From the NCBI GenBank assembly GCA_035285125.1, contig JAYKHR010000027.1, positions 1 to 30,461 of the forward strand: DNA of 30,461 bases, given 5' to 3'. Positions 1-8,785 of the stretch are shown piece after piece. The notes under the pieces are model-generated. The model saw nothing but the letters and a program-made list of their open reading frames with translations, was not told where the DNA came from and did no database searches. Made by a program: the position numbers and the translations under genes. This DNA is from Candidatus Sericytochromatia bacterium (GTDB lineage Bacteria; Cyanobacteriota; Sericytochromatia; S15B-MN24; JAQBPE01). The stretch's first letter is position 1, and each line of letters opens with the position of its first letter.

Positions 1-156
1 GCGGTCGCGGGTGTGGGGCTCCTCGCCTCGGGTGGCGGGGTCGATCGGCTCGAGGGGACCCTCATCGAGGGCGGCTTCGAGGTCCGGCACGAAGGCGGCC
101 AGGAAGTCCCGGGCGAAGCCTTCGAGGAGGGTCTTGTAGCGGCGATCGTGGGACAT
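1..156 (-). CDS. 5' part of a putative Rpn/YhgA-like (PD-(D/E)XK, transposase_31-type) protein; runs off the window
   Basis: Not in the ORF track. Manual translation from ATG at 156 gives MSHDRRYKTLLEGFARDFLAAFVPDLEAALDEGPLEPID, which resembles the HD-x-x-[FY]K-x-LL...FL..F.P N-terminus of Rpn-like proteins. A TACCGT -10-like box lies 7 nt upstream. Confidence 0.55.
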   Translation of the reverse strand, partial: MSHDRRYKTLLEGFARDFLAAFVPDLEAALDEGPLEPIDPATRGEEPHTRDR

Positions 157-163
157 GGCGCCC

Positions 164-193
164 ACGGTATCGGGCCGTTGGGTCGTGTGTCAG
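164..193 (-). promoter_or_regulatory. Putative leaderless sigma70-type promoter of the Rpn-like gene
   Basis: Minus strand reads CTGACA-N18-TACCGT-N7-ATG with no Shine-Dalgarno sequence. Confidence 0.4.
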
Positions 194-243
194 CCTTTCG
201 CCCCGCGTCTGCGAGGCGTTTCTTGCTGGCGCCCCCGCCCCCT

Positions 244-1812
244 TCACTTCTCCTCGTGGTATTCCTCTTCGGTGTTGATGCCCCAGATGGCCTCAGGGTC
301 GCGCACGCCCGCCGCGATCTGGTCCACGGCCGTCATCGCCGTCAGCATCGAGTGGTCCTGGTTGTTGTAGCGGTGCATGCCGTTGCGCCCCACGAGCCAG
401 AGGTTCGCGAAGCCGTCGAGGTAGGCGCGCACCTCGCCGAAGCTGTCGTAGGCGCCGAAGTAGCCGGGGTAGGCCTTGGGCTGGCGGATCACGCAGGCGT
501 CGCGCACGCTGCCCGGGGCGATCAGGCCGATCTTCACGAGCTCGGCCTCCCCCAGGGCCTTGAGCGCCTCGTCGTCCAGGCCCCAGAGGGCGTCGCCCTC
601 GCTCGCGAAGTACTCCAGCCCGAGCCAGACGGTCCCGGCGTCCGCCACCATCCAGGGGCTCCAGTTGTTGAACACCTGCAGCCGGCCGAGCTGCACGTCG
701 GGCTCCTGGATGTAGATCCAGTTGTCGCGGATGGGGCGCGGCCCCTCCGGGCCCGGCTCGGTCACGGTCAGGCGGTCGACCAGCAGCCCCACCGTCAGGA
801 AGTCGCGGTACTCGAGCGCGTCGCTCACGGCCTTCACCGCCGGGGGGGGAGGCGGGTCGAGCGCCTGCATGAGCTCCCGCACCGGCATCGTCGAGAACAC
901 ATGCTCGGGCGTCCACGTGCGGGCCTCGCCCGTCTGCGCGTGGCGGGCCGTCACGCCGGTGACGCGGCCCTCGGCGTGCGTCAGGCGCACCACCTGCCAG
1001 CCCGGGTGCACCTCGCCGCCCGCGGCCTGCACGCGGCGCGCCGTCTCCTCCCACATCTGGCCGGGGCCGAGCTTGGGGTACAGGAACTGCTCGATGAGCG
1101 AGGTCTCGACGGCCTTGCCCGCCGCCCCCCGCCCGAGCAGCTTGCCGACGAAGTGCATGATCGCCTTCGTGACGGAGAGCCCCTTGATGCGCTGGGCGCC
1201 CCACTCGGCGCTGATCTCCCGGCAGGCGCGGCCCCAGACCTTCTCGGTGTACGACTTGAAGAAGGTCTGGTACAGCTCGCGCCCGAAGCGGTTGATGAAG
1301 AACGACTCCAGGTGGGTCTCGGGGCGGATCGGGAACAGGGCGCTGCGCATGTAGCTCAGGCCGATGCGGACGGTCCGCAGCGGCCCGAGCTTGCCGAGCG
1401 TGTCGGGGTCGAGCCGGATCGGGTAGGGGAAGAACTGCCGCAGGAAGTAGATGCGGCTCTGGCGCTCGCGCAGCAGCATCACGGCGTCGGTGGCCGTCGG
1501 GTCCGGGCCGTCGCCCGCCACGGCGAGGTCCCGCGTCCGGTTGTGGTAGGTGATCGGCGTGGCGCCAGGGGGCAGGGCCTGCATCGGCAGCTTGTCGAGC
1601 CACCAGGCCATCACCCGGTCCGACTTGGAGAAGAAGCGGTGGCCGCCGATGTCGATGCGGTTCCCGCCGTGGTTGACGGTGCGCGAGATGCCGCCGAGGG
1701 CGTCCGTCTGCTCCAGCACGACGGGCACGACGTCGGTGCGCGTCGCGAGCTCGTGGGCCGCGGTGAGGCCGGCGGGGCCGGCGCCGATGATCAGGGCTTG
1801 GCGGGGGGGCAT
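244..1812 (-). CDS. NAD(P)/FAD-dependent oxidoreductase (protoporphyrinogen oxidase/UDP-galactopyranose mutase-like family)
   Basis: 522 aa; GAGPAG dinucleotide motif, [14 protein letters not shown] and C-terminal [15 protein letters not shown]. Confidence 0.85.
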   Translation of the reverse strand: MPPRQALIIGAGPAGLTAAHELATRTDVVPVVLEQTDALGGISRTVNHGGNRIDIGGHRFFSKSDRVMAWWLDKLPMQALPPGATPITYHNRTRDLAVAGDGPDPTATDAVMLLRERQSRIYFLRQFFPYPIRLDPDTLGKLGPLRTVRIGLSYMRSALFPIRPETHLESFFINRFGRELYQTFFKSYTEKVWGRACREISAEWGAQRIKGLSVTKAIMHFVGKLLGRGAAGKAVETSLIEQFLYPKLGPGQMWEETARRVQAAGGEVHPGWQVVRLTHAEGRVTGVTARHAQTGEARTWTPEHVFSTMPVRELMQALDPPPPPAVKAVSDALEYRDFLTVGLLVDRLTVTEPGPEGPRPIRDNWIYIQEPDVQLGRLQVFNNWSPWMVADAGTVWLGLEYFASEGDALWGLDDEALKALGEAELVKIGLIAPGSVRDACVIRQPKAYPGYFGAYDSFGEVRAYLDGFANLWLVGRNGMHRYNNQDHSMLTAMTAVDQIAAGVRDPEAIWGINTEEEYHEEK

Positions 1813-1934
1813 GGCGGCAAGGGGGCTGTGAGACGCCCCAAGCTACCACCTCGGGGAGGCCTGCCGCAAATGCGCGGGGCCTCCTTCGAGGGGCGAGGCC
1901 CCCTGGGCGGGCAGGCCACGCGGCTGGCTGGCCC

Positions 1935-4124
1935 TTACGTCCCCTCGCGGGGCAGCCCTGCCAGCCGCTCGGCGAGCTTCGACCACCGGCGCTCTACCTG
2001 GGCGCCACGCACGGCGATGGCCAGGGCCTTGCGCTGGCCGACCAGCACGACCAGCTGCTTGCCCCGCGTCACGCCCGTGTAGACGAGGTTGCGCTTCAGC
2101 ATCGTGAAGTGCTGCATCGCGACGGGCATCACCACCGCGGGGTACTCCGAGCCCTGCGACTTGTGGATCGTCGTCGCGTAGGCGAGCACGAGCTCGTCGA
2201 GCTCGCCGAAGGCGTAGGTCACCGGCCGGCCGTCGAAGGTCACCGTCAGCGCCTGCTGCTCGAGGTCGATCGCGCTGACGAGGCCGATGTCCCCGTTGTA
2301 GACCTCCTGGTCGTGGTTGTTCTCGATTTGCATCACCTTGTCGCCGACGCTGAAGCGGCTGCCGAATCTCTCGACGCTGCCCGGGCCGGGCGGGTTGAGG
2401 GCCTCCTGCAGCGCCAGGTTCAGCCCGCGGGCGCCCGCCTCGCCCCGGTTCATGGGGCACAGCACCTGGACGTCGCGGATCGGGTCGAGCCCGAAGCGGC
2501 GCGGCACGTGTCGCTGGACCAGGTCGACCACGAGCCGCGCGATGCTCGTGGCGTCCTCGCCGGGCACGAAGTACAGGTCCGACGCCTCGCCCTTGGCGGG
2601 GAAGGGGGGCAGCTGCCCCTGGTTGAACGCGTGCGCCGTGCTCACAATGCGCGAGCTGGCGGCCTGGCGAAACACCTCCGTGAGCCGCACCACGGGCACG
2701 GCCCCGCTCGCGATCACGTCGCGCAGCACCTGCCCGGGCCCCACGGAGGGCAGCTGGTCGACGTCGCCCACGAGCAACACGGCCGCCTCCGGGCGCACGG
2801 CGCGCAGCAGCTGGTGCATCAGCGGCACGTCGATCATCGAGGCCTCGTCCACCACCAGCATGTCGCTTGGCAGCGGGGAGCGCTCGTTGCGCCGGAACTG
2901 CCCGTCGGCCGGGTTCACCTCCAGGAGGCGGTGGATGGTCTTGGCCTCGAGCCCCGTGGACTCCGCCAGGCGCTTGGCAGCCCGCCCCGTGGGCGCGCAG
3001 AGCTGGGGCCGGGCGCCCTTGGCCTGCAGGATGGTCAAGATGGCCTTCAGCAGCGTCGTCTTGCCCACGCCGGGCCCGCCCGTGATGACCAGCACCTTGG
3101 CGGCCAGCGCCAGGCGCACGGCGGCCTGCTGGCTCTCGGCGAGCGCGACGCCCAGCCGCTGCGCCACCCACGGGAGGGCCCGGTCCGCGTCGATGGCAGG
3201 CCAGGGCGGCGACCCCGCGCGCAGCCGGGCCACGTGGCTCGTGATGCCCCGCTCGGCCGCGTGCAGGGGGGCGAGGAACACGCAGGGATCGCCTGCCACG
3301 CTGTCCGCCACCAGGCGGCCCTCCGCGACCTCGTCCCCGATGGCCGCCTCGATGATCGGGGTGGGGATGGCGAGCAGCTTGACGGCCGCCTCCAGCAGCG
3401 CGGCGTGGGGCAGGCCGCAGTGCCCCTCGGTGGAGGCCTCGGCCAGCGCATGGGCCACGCCGGCCCGGGCCCGCAGCGGGGAGTCGGGGGCGATGCCCAC
3501 GCGCTGGGCGATGCGGTCGGCCGTGAGGAAGCCGATGCCCCGGATGTCGCGCGCGAGCCTGTAAGGGTCCTGCTCCACGACGGCCACGGCTTCCTGCCCG
3601 TAGGTCTTGAAGATGCGCACGGCCCGCGAGGTCGAGACGCCATGCCCGTGCAGGAACACCATGATGCCCCGGATCACCTGCTGGTCGGCCCAGCCGCTGA
3701 CGATCCGCGCCGCCCGTCGCGGCCCGATGCCCGTGACCTCCCGCAGGCGCTCTGGGGCCTGCTCGATGACCTCGAACACCTGCGCCTCGAAGGCCTGGAC
3801 GAGCTTGGCCGCGTTCACGGGGCCGATGCCCTTGACCATCCCGGAGCCGAGGTAGCGCTCGATGCCTGCCAGCGTCGTCGGGGGCGTGATGGCGAGGTGG
3901 GCTGCCCGGAACTGCCGCCCGTGCTCCCGGTCCAGGGTCCAGGCTCCCTGGGCGGTGGCATATTCCCCGGGCGAGACGACGGGTGCATGCCCGAGCACCG
4001 TCACGAGCTCCCGCTCGCCCCGCACCTTGAGGCGCAGCACGCAGAAGCCCGTCTCCTCGCTGTGGAAGGTCACGCGCTCGACGAGGCCCTCGAGCCGCTC
4101 GTGGGCGGGGGGTGGGGCGGGCAT
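1935..4124 (-). CDS. recD2: ATP-dependent RecD2-like SF1B DNA helicase
   Basis: Start re-called at ATG 4124, 1 nt after the upstream TGA. N-terminal VERVTF..EETGF, HhH motifs (KGIGP, TGIGP, RGIGF), Walker A GGPGVGKT, APTGRAA, DEASM, GDVDQLPSVGPG, AYATTIHKSQGSEY and YTGVTR. Confidence 0.92.
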   Translation of the reverse strand: MPAPPPAHERLEGLVERVTFHSEETGFCVLRLKVRGERELVTVLGHAPVVSPGEYATAQGAWTLDREHGRQFRAAHLAITPPTTLAGIERYLGSGMVKGIGPVNAAKLVQAFEAQVFEVIEQAPERLREVTGIGPRRAARIVSGWADQQVIRGIMVFLHGHGVSTSRAVRIFKTYGQEAVAVVEQDPYRLARDIRGIGFLTADRIAQRVGIAPDSPLRARAGVAHALAEASTEGHCGLPHAALLEAAVKLLAIPTPIIEAAIGDEVAEGRLVADSVAGDPCVFLAPLHAAERGITSHVARLRAGSPPWPAIDADRALPWVAQRLGVALAESQQAAVRLALAAKVLVITGGPGVGKTTLLKAILTILQAKGARPQLCAPTGRAAKRLAESTGLEAKTIHRLLEVNPADGQFRRNERSPLPSDMLVVDEASMIDVPLMHQLLRAVRPEAAVLLVGDVDQLPSVGPGQVLRDVIASGAVPVVRLTEVFRQAASSRIVSTAHAFNQGQLPPFPAKGEASDLYFVPGEDATSIARLVVDLVQRHVPRRFGLDPIRDVQVLCPMNRGEAGARGLNLALQEALNPPGPGSVERFGSRFSVGDKVMQIENNHDQEVYNGDIGLVSAIDLEQQALTVTFDGRPVTYAFGELDELVLAYATTIHKSQGSEYPAVVMPVAMQHFTMLKRNLVYTGVTRGKQLVVLVGQRKALAIAVRGAQVERRWSKLAERLAGLPREGT

Positions 4125-4125
4125 G

Positions 4126-5289
4126 TCAGCTGGGCCCGTCCAGGGCCTCGCGCCACCCCGTGACGGTGCAGCCCTGGCGCGCGTAGCGGCCCTCCCCGCC
4201 ATAGATGATCCAGGGGGGCAGGGCCTCCTCCCCTGCCAGCCGGCCCCAGCGCGTGGCCGCGTCCGGCCAGTCGGCGGCGAACGTGCGGCCGGACTTCACC
4301 TCGACCGGCCGGAGCCCCGAGGGGGTCTCCAGCACGAGGTCCACCTCGTGGCCCACGTGGTCGCGCCAGAAGCACAGGCTGGCGGGCTCACCGGCGTTCT
4401 GCCGCTGCTTCGCCAGCTCGGCGACGACCCAGGCCTCGAACAGCGCCCCACGCGCGGCATGGGTCGCCAGCACCTCGGCCTCCCGCACACCCAGCAGCCA
4501 GGCCAGCAGCCCCGTGTCGAGGAAGTACAGCTTCGGCGTCTTGACGAGGCGCTTGCCCATGTTGCGGTGGAAGGGCTGCAGCCGCACCACGAGGTAGCTC
4601 GCCTCCAGCACGGACAGCCACTCCCGGGCGGTGACGGCCGAGATGCCGGCGTCCGCCCCGAGCGCGGCGAGGTTCAGGAGCTGCCCGGAGCGCGCTGCGC
4701 ACAGCCTCACGAAGCGCTGGAAGAGCGTCAGGTCTCGCACGGCCACGAGCTGACGCACGTCGCGCTCCACGTAGGTGGCCACGTAGTTCGCGAAGAAGTC
4801 TGCGGGCGCCACGTCACGGACGTGGAGGGCCGGGTAGCCACCCGTCAGCAGGGCCGCCTCGAGGGTGGCAGGCAGCCTGTCCGCAGCCATGAGCTCCCGT
4901 CCAGACAGCGGTAACAGCTCCACGCGCCCCACGCGGCCCGCCAGGCTCTGGGTGACACCTGCCAGCAGGTCGAGCTGCTGGGAGCCCGTCAGCACCCAGG
5001 CGCCTACCTGGCCGTCTCGATCCACCACGCCCTGCAGCCAGGAGAGCAGGGTCGGCACGCGCTGGACCTCGTCGAGGATCGCGCCGCCCGGGAAGCGGTC
5101 CAGGAAGGCACGTGGATCCGCCTGGGCGAACTCGCGCTCGTCCGGGGTCTCGAGGGAGACGTAGGGCTTGTCGGGGAAGGTGGCCCGGGCCAGCGTCGTC
5201 TTGCCCGACTGCCGCGGGCCCGTCACGGCCAGCACGGGGAAGCCTCGTGCCAGGCGCTGCAGGGTGGCGTGGGCCTCGCGTTGGATCAT
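4126..5289 (-). CDS. AAA_14 ATPase with DUF4143 C-terminal region (COG1373-like)
   Basis: 387 aa; Walker A GPRQSGKT, Walker B ILDEVQ, LTGS, ESLAGR-like QSLAGR, GGYP, KTPKLYFLDTGL, GALFE and EVDLV...PVEVKSG. Confidence 0.9.
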   Translation of the reverse strand: MIQREAHATLQRLARGFPVLAVTGPRQSGKTTLARATFPDKPYVSLETPDEREFAQADPRAFLDRFPGGAILDEVQRVPTLLSWLQGVVDRDGQVGAWVLTGSQQLDLLAGVTQSLAGRVGRVELLPLSGRELMAADRLPATLEAALLTGGYPALHVRDVAPADFFANYVATYVERDVRQLVAVRDLTLFQRFVRLCAARSGQLLNLAALGADAGISAVTAREWLSVLEASYLVVRLQPFHRNMGKRLVKTPKLYFLDTGLLAWLLGVREAEVLATHAARGALFEAWVVAELAKQRQNAGEPASLCFWRDHVGHEVDLVLETPSGLRPVEVKSGRTFAADWPDAATRWGRLAGEEALPPWIIYGGEGRYARQGCTVTGWREALDGPS

Positions 5290-5324
5290 TTTACAAATCT
5301 AAGTTTGAAACTTCGATTTGTAAA
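5290..5324 (-). promoter_or_regulatory. 35-bp AT-rich inverted repeat; putative operator plus leaderless promoter of the AAA-DUF4143 gene
   Basis: Plus strand reads TTTACAAATC-T-AAGTTT-G-AAACTT-C-GATTTGTAAA, giving 17-bp arms with 1 mismatch. Minus strand reads TTTACA-N17-TAGATT-N6-ATG. Confidence 0.8.
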
Positions 5325-5594
5325 GCACAGGGGCCTGTGCACCGGGCCGGGCTGCGTACACCCTGCCCCGATCCAGCGACGCACGATCGTTGCGTGCTGC
5401 ATCACAGATTTGACGGGCCTTGCCTGCCACACTTTCCCAGACGGCATGCTCGCAAGGATACCGCCGGCCCCACGCTGTGACGCCGTTTGGTGTCCAGGTG
5501 GGCAGGGTAGTGATCCCAAAGGGTGGTGTCGTCAGGAGATCGCATCGCGCTTGAAAGCCTCACGGGGCCAAGAGCCTGGCGTGGGAGTCCCGCC

Positions 5595-6893
5595 ATGACC
5601 AAGTTCGACCACATCTGCGTGCTGGGCCTGGGCTACATCGGCCTGCCCACCGCCAGCCTCTTTGCCACCAATGGCTTCCGCGTGACGGGCGTCGATGTGG
5701 ACCCGCGCGTGGTGGACACCATCAACCGCGGCGAGGTGCACATCGAGGAGCCAGGCCTCAACACGCTGGTGCAGGCCGCGACGAACTCGGGCATGCTGCG
5801 GGCGACGACGGAGGCCCCCGTGGCTGACGTCTACATCATCGCCGTCCCCACCCCGATCCTCGAGGACCGCCGGGCCGACCTGTCCTGCGTCGAGGCGGCG
5901 GCCAGGGCCATCGCGCCTCAGCTGCGCCCCCACGCCCTCGTGATCCTCGAGTCCACCTCGCCGCCGGGCACGTGCCACGGCGTGGTGGCCCCCATCCTCG
6001 CGACGAGCGGCCTGGAGGTGGGGCGGCAGGTCCACCTCGCCCACTGCCCGGAGCGCGTGCTGCCCGGCCAGATCCTGTACGAGTTGCTCGAGAACCCCCG
6101 CGTGGTGGGCGGTTACACCAAGCGCTGCGGGGAGCTCGCCCGGGGCCTTTACCGCGCCATCGTGGGCGGCGCCGTGCACCTGACGGACGTGACCACGGCC
6201 GAGATGGTCAAGGTCACGGAGAACACCTTCCGCGACGTGAACATCGCCCTCGCCAACGAGCTGGCCCTCGTCTCCGAGCGGCTCGGCATCAACGCCTGGG
6301 ACGTGATCCGGCTCGCGAACCTGCACCCGCGCGTCAACCTGCTCAACCCGGGCCCCGGCGTCGGCGGGCACTGCATCTCGGTCGACCCCTGGTTCATCGT
6401 GGAGCAGGCCCCGGACCTTGCCCGGCTCATCGCCACGGCCCGTGAGGTCAACGACGGGATGCCCGGCCACGTCGAGGCGCGCGTCACGGCCCTCTTCTCT
6501 GGCCGCAAGCCCCTGCGCGTCGCGGCGCTCGGGGCGGCCTACAAGGGCAACGTCGACGACACGCGGGAGAGCCCGGCGCTCGAGGTGGTCCGGCTGCTGG
6601 CTGAGGCGGGGCACGACGTCCGCCTGTACGACCCGCATGTGACCCGCCTGCGCTGGCCGCTGGTCTCGGCGACCGAGGCCCTGGCCGGGGCGGACGTGAT
6701 CGTGCTGCTCACGGCGCACACCGAGTTCCGCGGGCTCGACCCCGGCTGGGCCGGCGCCCAGATGGCGGGCCGCGTGCTGGTCGACACGCACAACTTCCTC
6801 GACAAGAAGGCCTGGCAGGCCGCCCACTTCCAGGTCCACACGCTCGGCGACGGCGGCGCGGCGCTCGCGCGGCTGCTGCCCCGCAGCGCCTGA
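5595..6893 (+). CDS. wecC: Nucleotide-sugar dehydrogenase, UDP-N-acetyl-D-mannosamine dehydrogenase-like
   Basis: ATG at 5595 follows GGGAG. Motifs GLGYIGLP, AVPTP, ESTSPPG, HCPERVLPG, ENTFRDVNIA, GPGVGGHCISVDP and YKGNVDDTRESP. Confidence 0.85.
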   Translation: MTKFDHICVLGLGYIGLPTASLFATNGFRVTGVDVDPRVVDTINRGEVHIEEPGLNTLVQAATNSGMLRATTEAPVADVYIIAVPTPILEDRRADLSCVEAAARAIAPQLRPHALVILESTSPPGTCHGVVAPILATSGLEVGRQVHLAHCPERVLPGQILYELLENPRVVGGYTKRCGELARGLYRAIVGGAVHLTDVTTAEMVKVTENTFRDVNIALANELALVSERLGINAWDVIRLANLHPRVNLLNPGPGVGGHCISVDPWFIVEQAPDLARLIATAREVNDGMPGHVEARVTALFSGRKPLRVAALGAAYKGNVDDTRESPALEVVRLLAEAGHDVRLYDPHVTRLRWPLVSATEALAGADVIVLLTAHTEFRGLDPGWAGAQMAGRVLVDTHNFLDKKAWQAAHFQVHTLGDGGAALARLLPRSA

Positions 6894-6901
6894 CCCGGGG
6901 C

Positions 6902-8785
6902 GTGGCAGGCCCGCGGCTCCCTGCAGCCCCACGCGCCGCCCGACCCTGGTGGCGCCTGCCGGGGCTGTACTGGCGCACGCTGCAGAACCTGGCGCCCGGC
7001 CAGGTCTCCGGGCGGCTGGTGCGGCTCTGGCGGATGCGCTTCGGGGGGCCCTTCCGCCCCCCCCGCGTGCGCCTGAACGTGGCGCTGCGGCGGCCGTTCG
7101 TGCAGGGGGGCGCGGGCGTGCCCGCGATGGCTGAGGACGTGCTGCACGGCCGCTTCGCCTTCATCGGGTTGCCGCCGGTCGAGGCGACCCTGCCGGACTG
7201 GCGCCACGCCCCGGACCAGAGCCTGCTGTGGCTGTTCAACCTGCACTACCACGACTGGCTCGTGGCGCTGGCGCAGGCCTACGCCGCCACGGGGCAGCCG
7301 GCCTTCGCGGCGCGGGCGGCCGAGCTCCTGGTGGACTGGGTGCGACGCAACCCGCCCGGCCGGCAGCCGGCCTGGCACCCCTACCCCACCTCGCGGCGCG
7401 TCGTGGGCTGGTGCCAGGCCCTGGCCGTGCTTCAGGACGCCTCGGCCATCCGGGCGGCCTTGCCGGAGCTGCTGCCCTCCCTCGCGCTCCAGGTGGCCCG
7501 CCTGCTGGAGACGCAGGAGGTCGACCTGCGGGGCAACCACCACCTCGCCAACCTGCATGCGCTCACGTGGGCCGAGGCCCTGCTGGCCCCCATCTTGCCC
7601 GCGGACCTGGCGGGGCGGCTGCGCGCCTGCGCCGCGCGCTACTGGGACGAGCTGCTGGCGCAGGTGCTGCCTGACGGGGGGCACGAGGAGCGGAGCACCA
7701 GCTACACCGTGGGGGTCCTGCAGGACGCCTTCGAGACCCTCGTGATGGCCGAGCGGGCGGGCTGGGGCGTGCCGGACGGGGTCGAGGCGCGCCTGGTCGC
7801 GATGTTCGAGCACGTGATGTCTCTCGTGACGCCCACGGGCGAGCTGCCGCTGCTAAACGACGCCGTCGCGGGCTACCCGATGGATGCCCGGGCCCTGCTG
7901 CTGGCAGGCGCGACTTACTTCGCGCGCGGCGACTGGAAATGGGTCGCCGGCGACGCGGACATTGGCTACACCATCTGGCTCTTCGGCGAGGAGGGCGCTG
8001 CGAGCCTGGCCGAGCTCGCCGCGGTGCCGCCTGAGCAGACCTCCTTCGCCCACGCCGCCTCGGGGTACCATGTGATCCGCTCGGGCTGGGGCCCGGACGC
8101 CGACTACATGCTGCTGGACGCGGGCCTGCCCGGGCCGCGCCACCAGCTCGGGCACGCCCACGCCGACACGCTGGCCGTGGTGCTGTATGCCCGGGGGCGG
8201 GCGGTGCTGGTGGATCCTGGCGTGGGGGACTACCGGCCCGGGCCCTGGCGCGACCACTTCCGGGGCACGGCCGCGCACAACACCGTCGCCGTCGATGGCG
8301 AGGACAGCTCCGAGGTCTGGCACGCCTTCCGCACGGCGCGCTTCGCCACGGCGCAGGTCTCCGCCTGGGTGCCGGACGACTGCGTGGCGGCCTCGCACGA
8401 CGGCTACCGGCGGCTGCCGGACCCCGTGACCCACGCCCGCGTCGTCGACGTGCTGGGGGACGCCTGCTGGGCCATCACGGACCGGCTGCTGGCGGGCGGC
8501 CAGGTCGTGCACCACTACCGCTGGACCTTCCAGCTCGGCCCCGAGGTGGGCCGCGTGTCGCTGGCTGACATGACGGCCCGGGTGGAGCTGGGCGACGGCC
8601 TCGTGGCGGTGTTCGCCTTCGAGGGCCCGGAGGGGCTCACGCTCGCCACGGAGCCGGGCTGGGTGGCCCTCGGCTGGCACCAGTGGCGGCCGGCACCCGC
8701 GCTCAGCCTGCACCTCCCGAGCGGCGATGCCGAGGTCGTGGTGCGCGTCGTGCTGCGGGTGGAGGCGGCGGGGGAGGGCCCGTGA
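6902..8785 (+). CDS. Heparinase II/III-like (alginate lyase fold) protein
   Basis: 627 aa; LWLFNLHY, WHPYPTSRR, GNHHLAN, PDGGHEERS, GHAHAD, VDPG and GTAAHNTVAVDG. Start uncertain. Confidence 0.85.
   Translation: MAGPRLPAAPRAARPWWRLPGLYWRTLQNLAPGQVSGRLVRLWRMRFGGPFRPPRVRLNVALRRPFVQGGAGVPAMAEDVLHGRFAFIGLPPVEATLPDWRHAPDQSLLWLFNLHYHDWLVALAQAYAATGQPAFAARAAELLVDWVRRNPPGRQPAWHPYPTSRRVVGWCQALAVLQDASAIRAALPELLPSLALQVARLLETQEVDLRGNHHLANLHALTWAEALLAPILPADLAGRLRACAARYWDELLAQVLPDGGHEERSTSYTVGVLQDAFETLVMAERAGWGVPDGVEARLVAMFEHVMSLVTPTGELPLLNDAVAGYPMDARALLLAGATYFARGDWKWVAGDADIGYTIWLFGEEGAASLAELAAVPPEQTSFAHAASGYHVIRSGWGPDADYMLLDAGLPGPRHQLGHAHADTLAVVLYARGRAVLVDPGVGDYRPGPWRDHFRGTAAHNTVAVDGEDSSEVWHAFRTARFATAQVSAWVPDDCVAASHDGYRRLPDPVTHARVVDVLGDACWAITDRLLAGGQVVHHYRWTFQLGPEVGRVSLADMTARVELGDGLVAVFAFEGPEGLTLATEPGWVALGWHQWRPAPALSLHLPSGDAEVVVRVVLRVEAAGEGP

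Noticed and set aside
199..224. Hairpin CGCCCCGC-GTCT-GCGAGGCG followed by TTTCTT as a terminator
   Set aside because: The T-tract is on the + strand while the flanking genes are on the - strand, and the stem has a mismatch in that orientation.
5495..5530. JUMPstart/ops element upstream of wecC (GGCAGGGTAG)
   Set aside because: Poor match to GGCGGTAGnnTG and no JUMPstart context.
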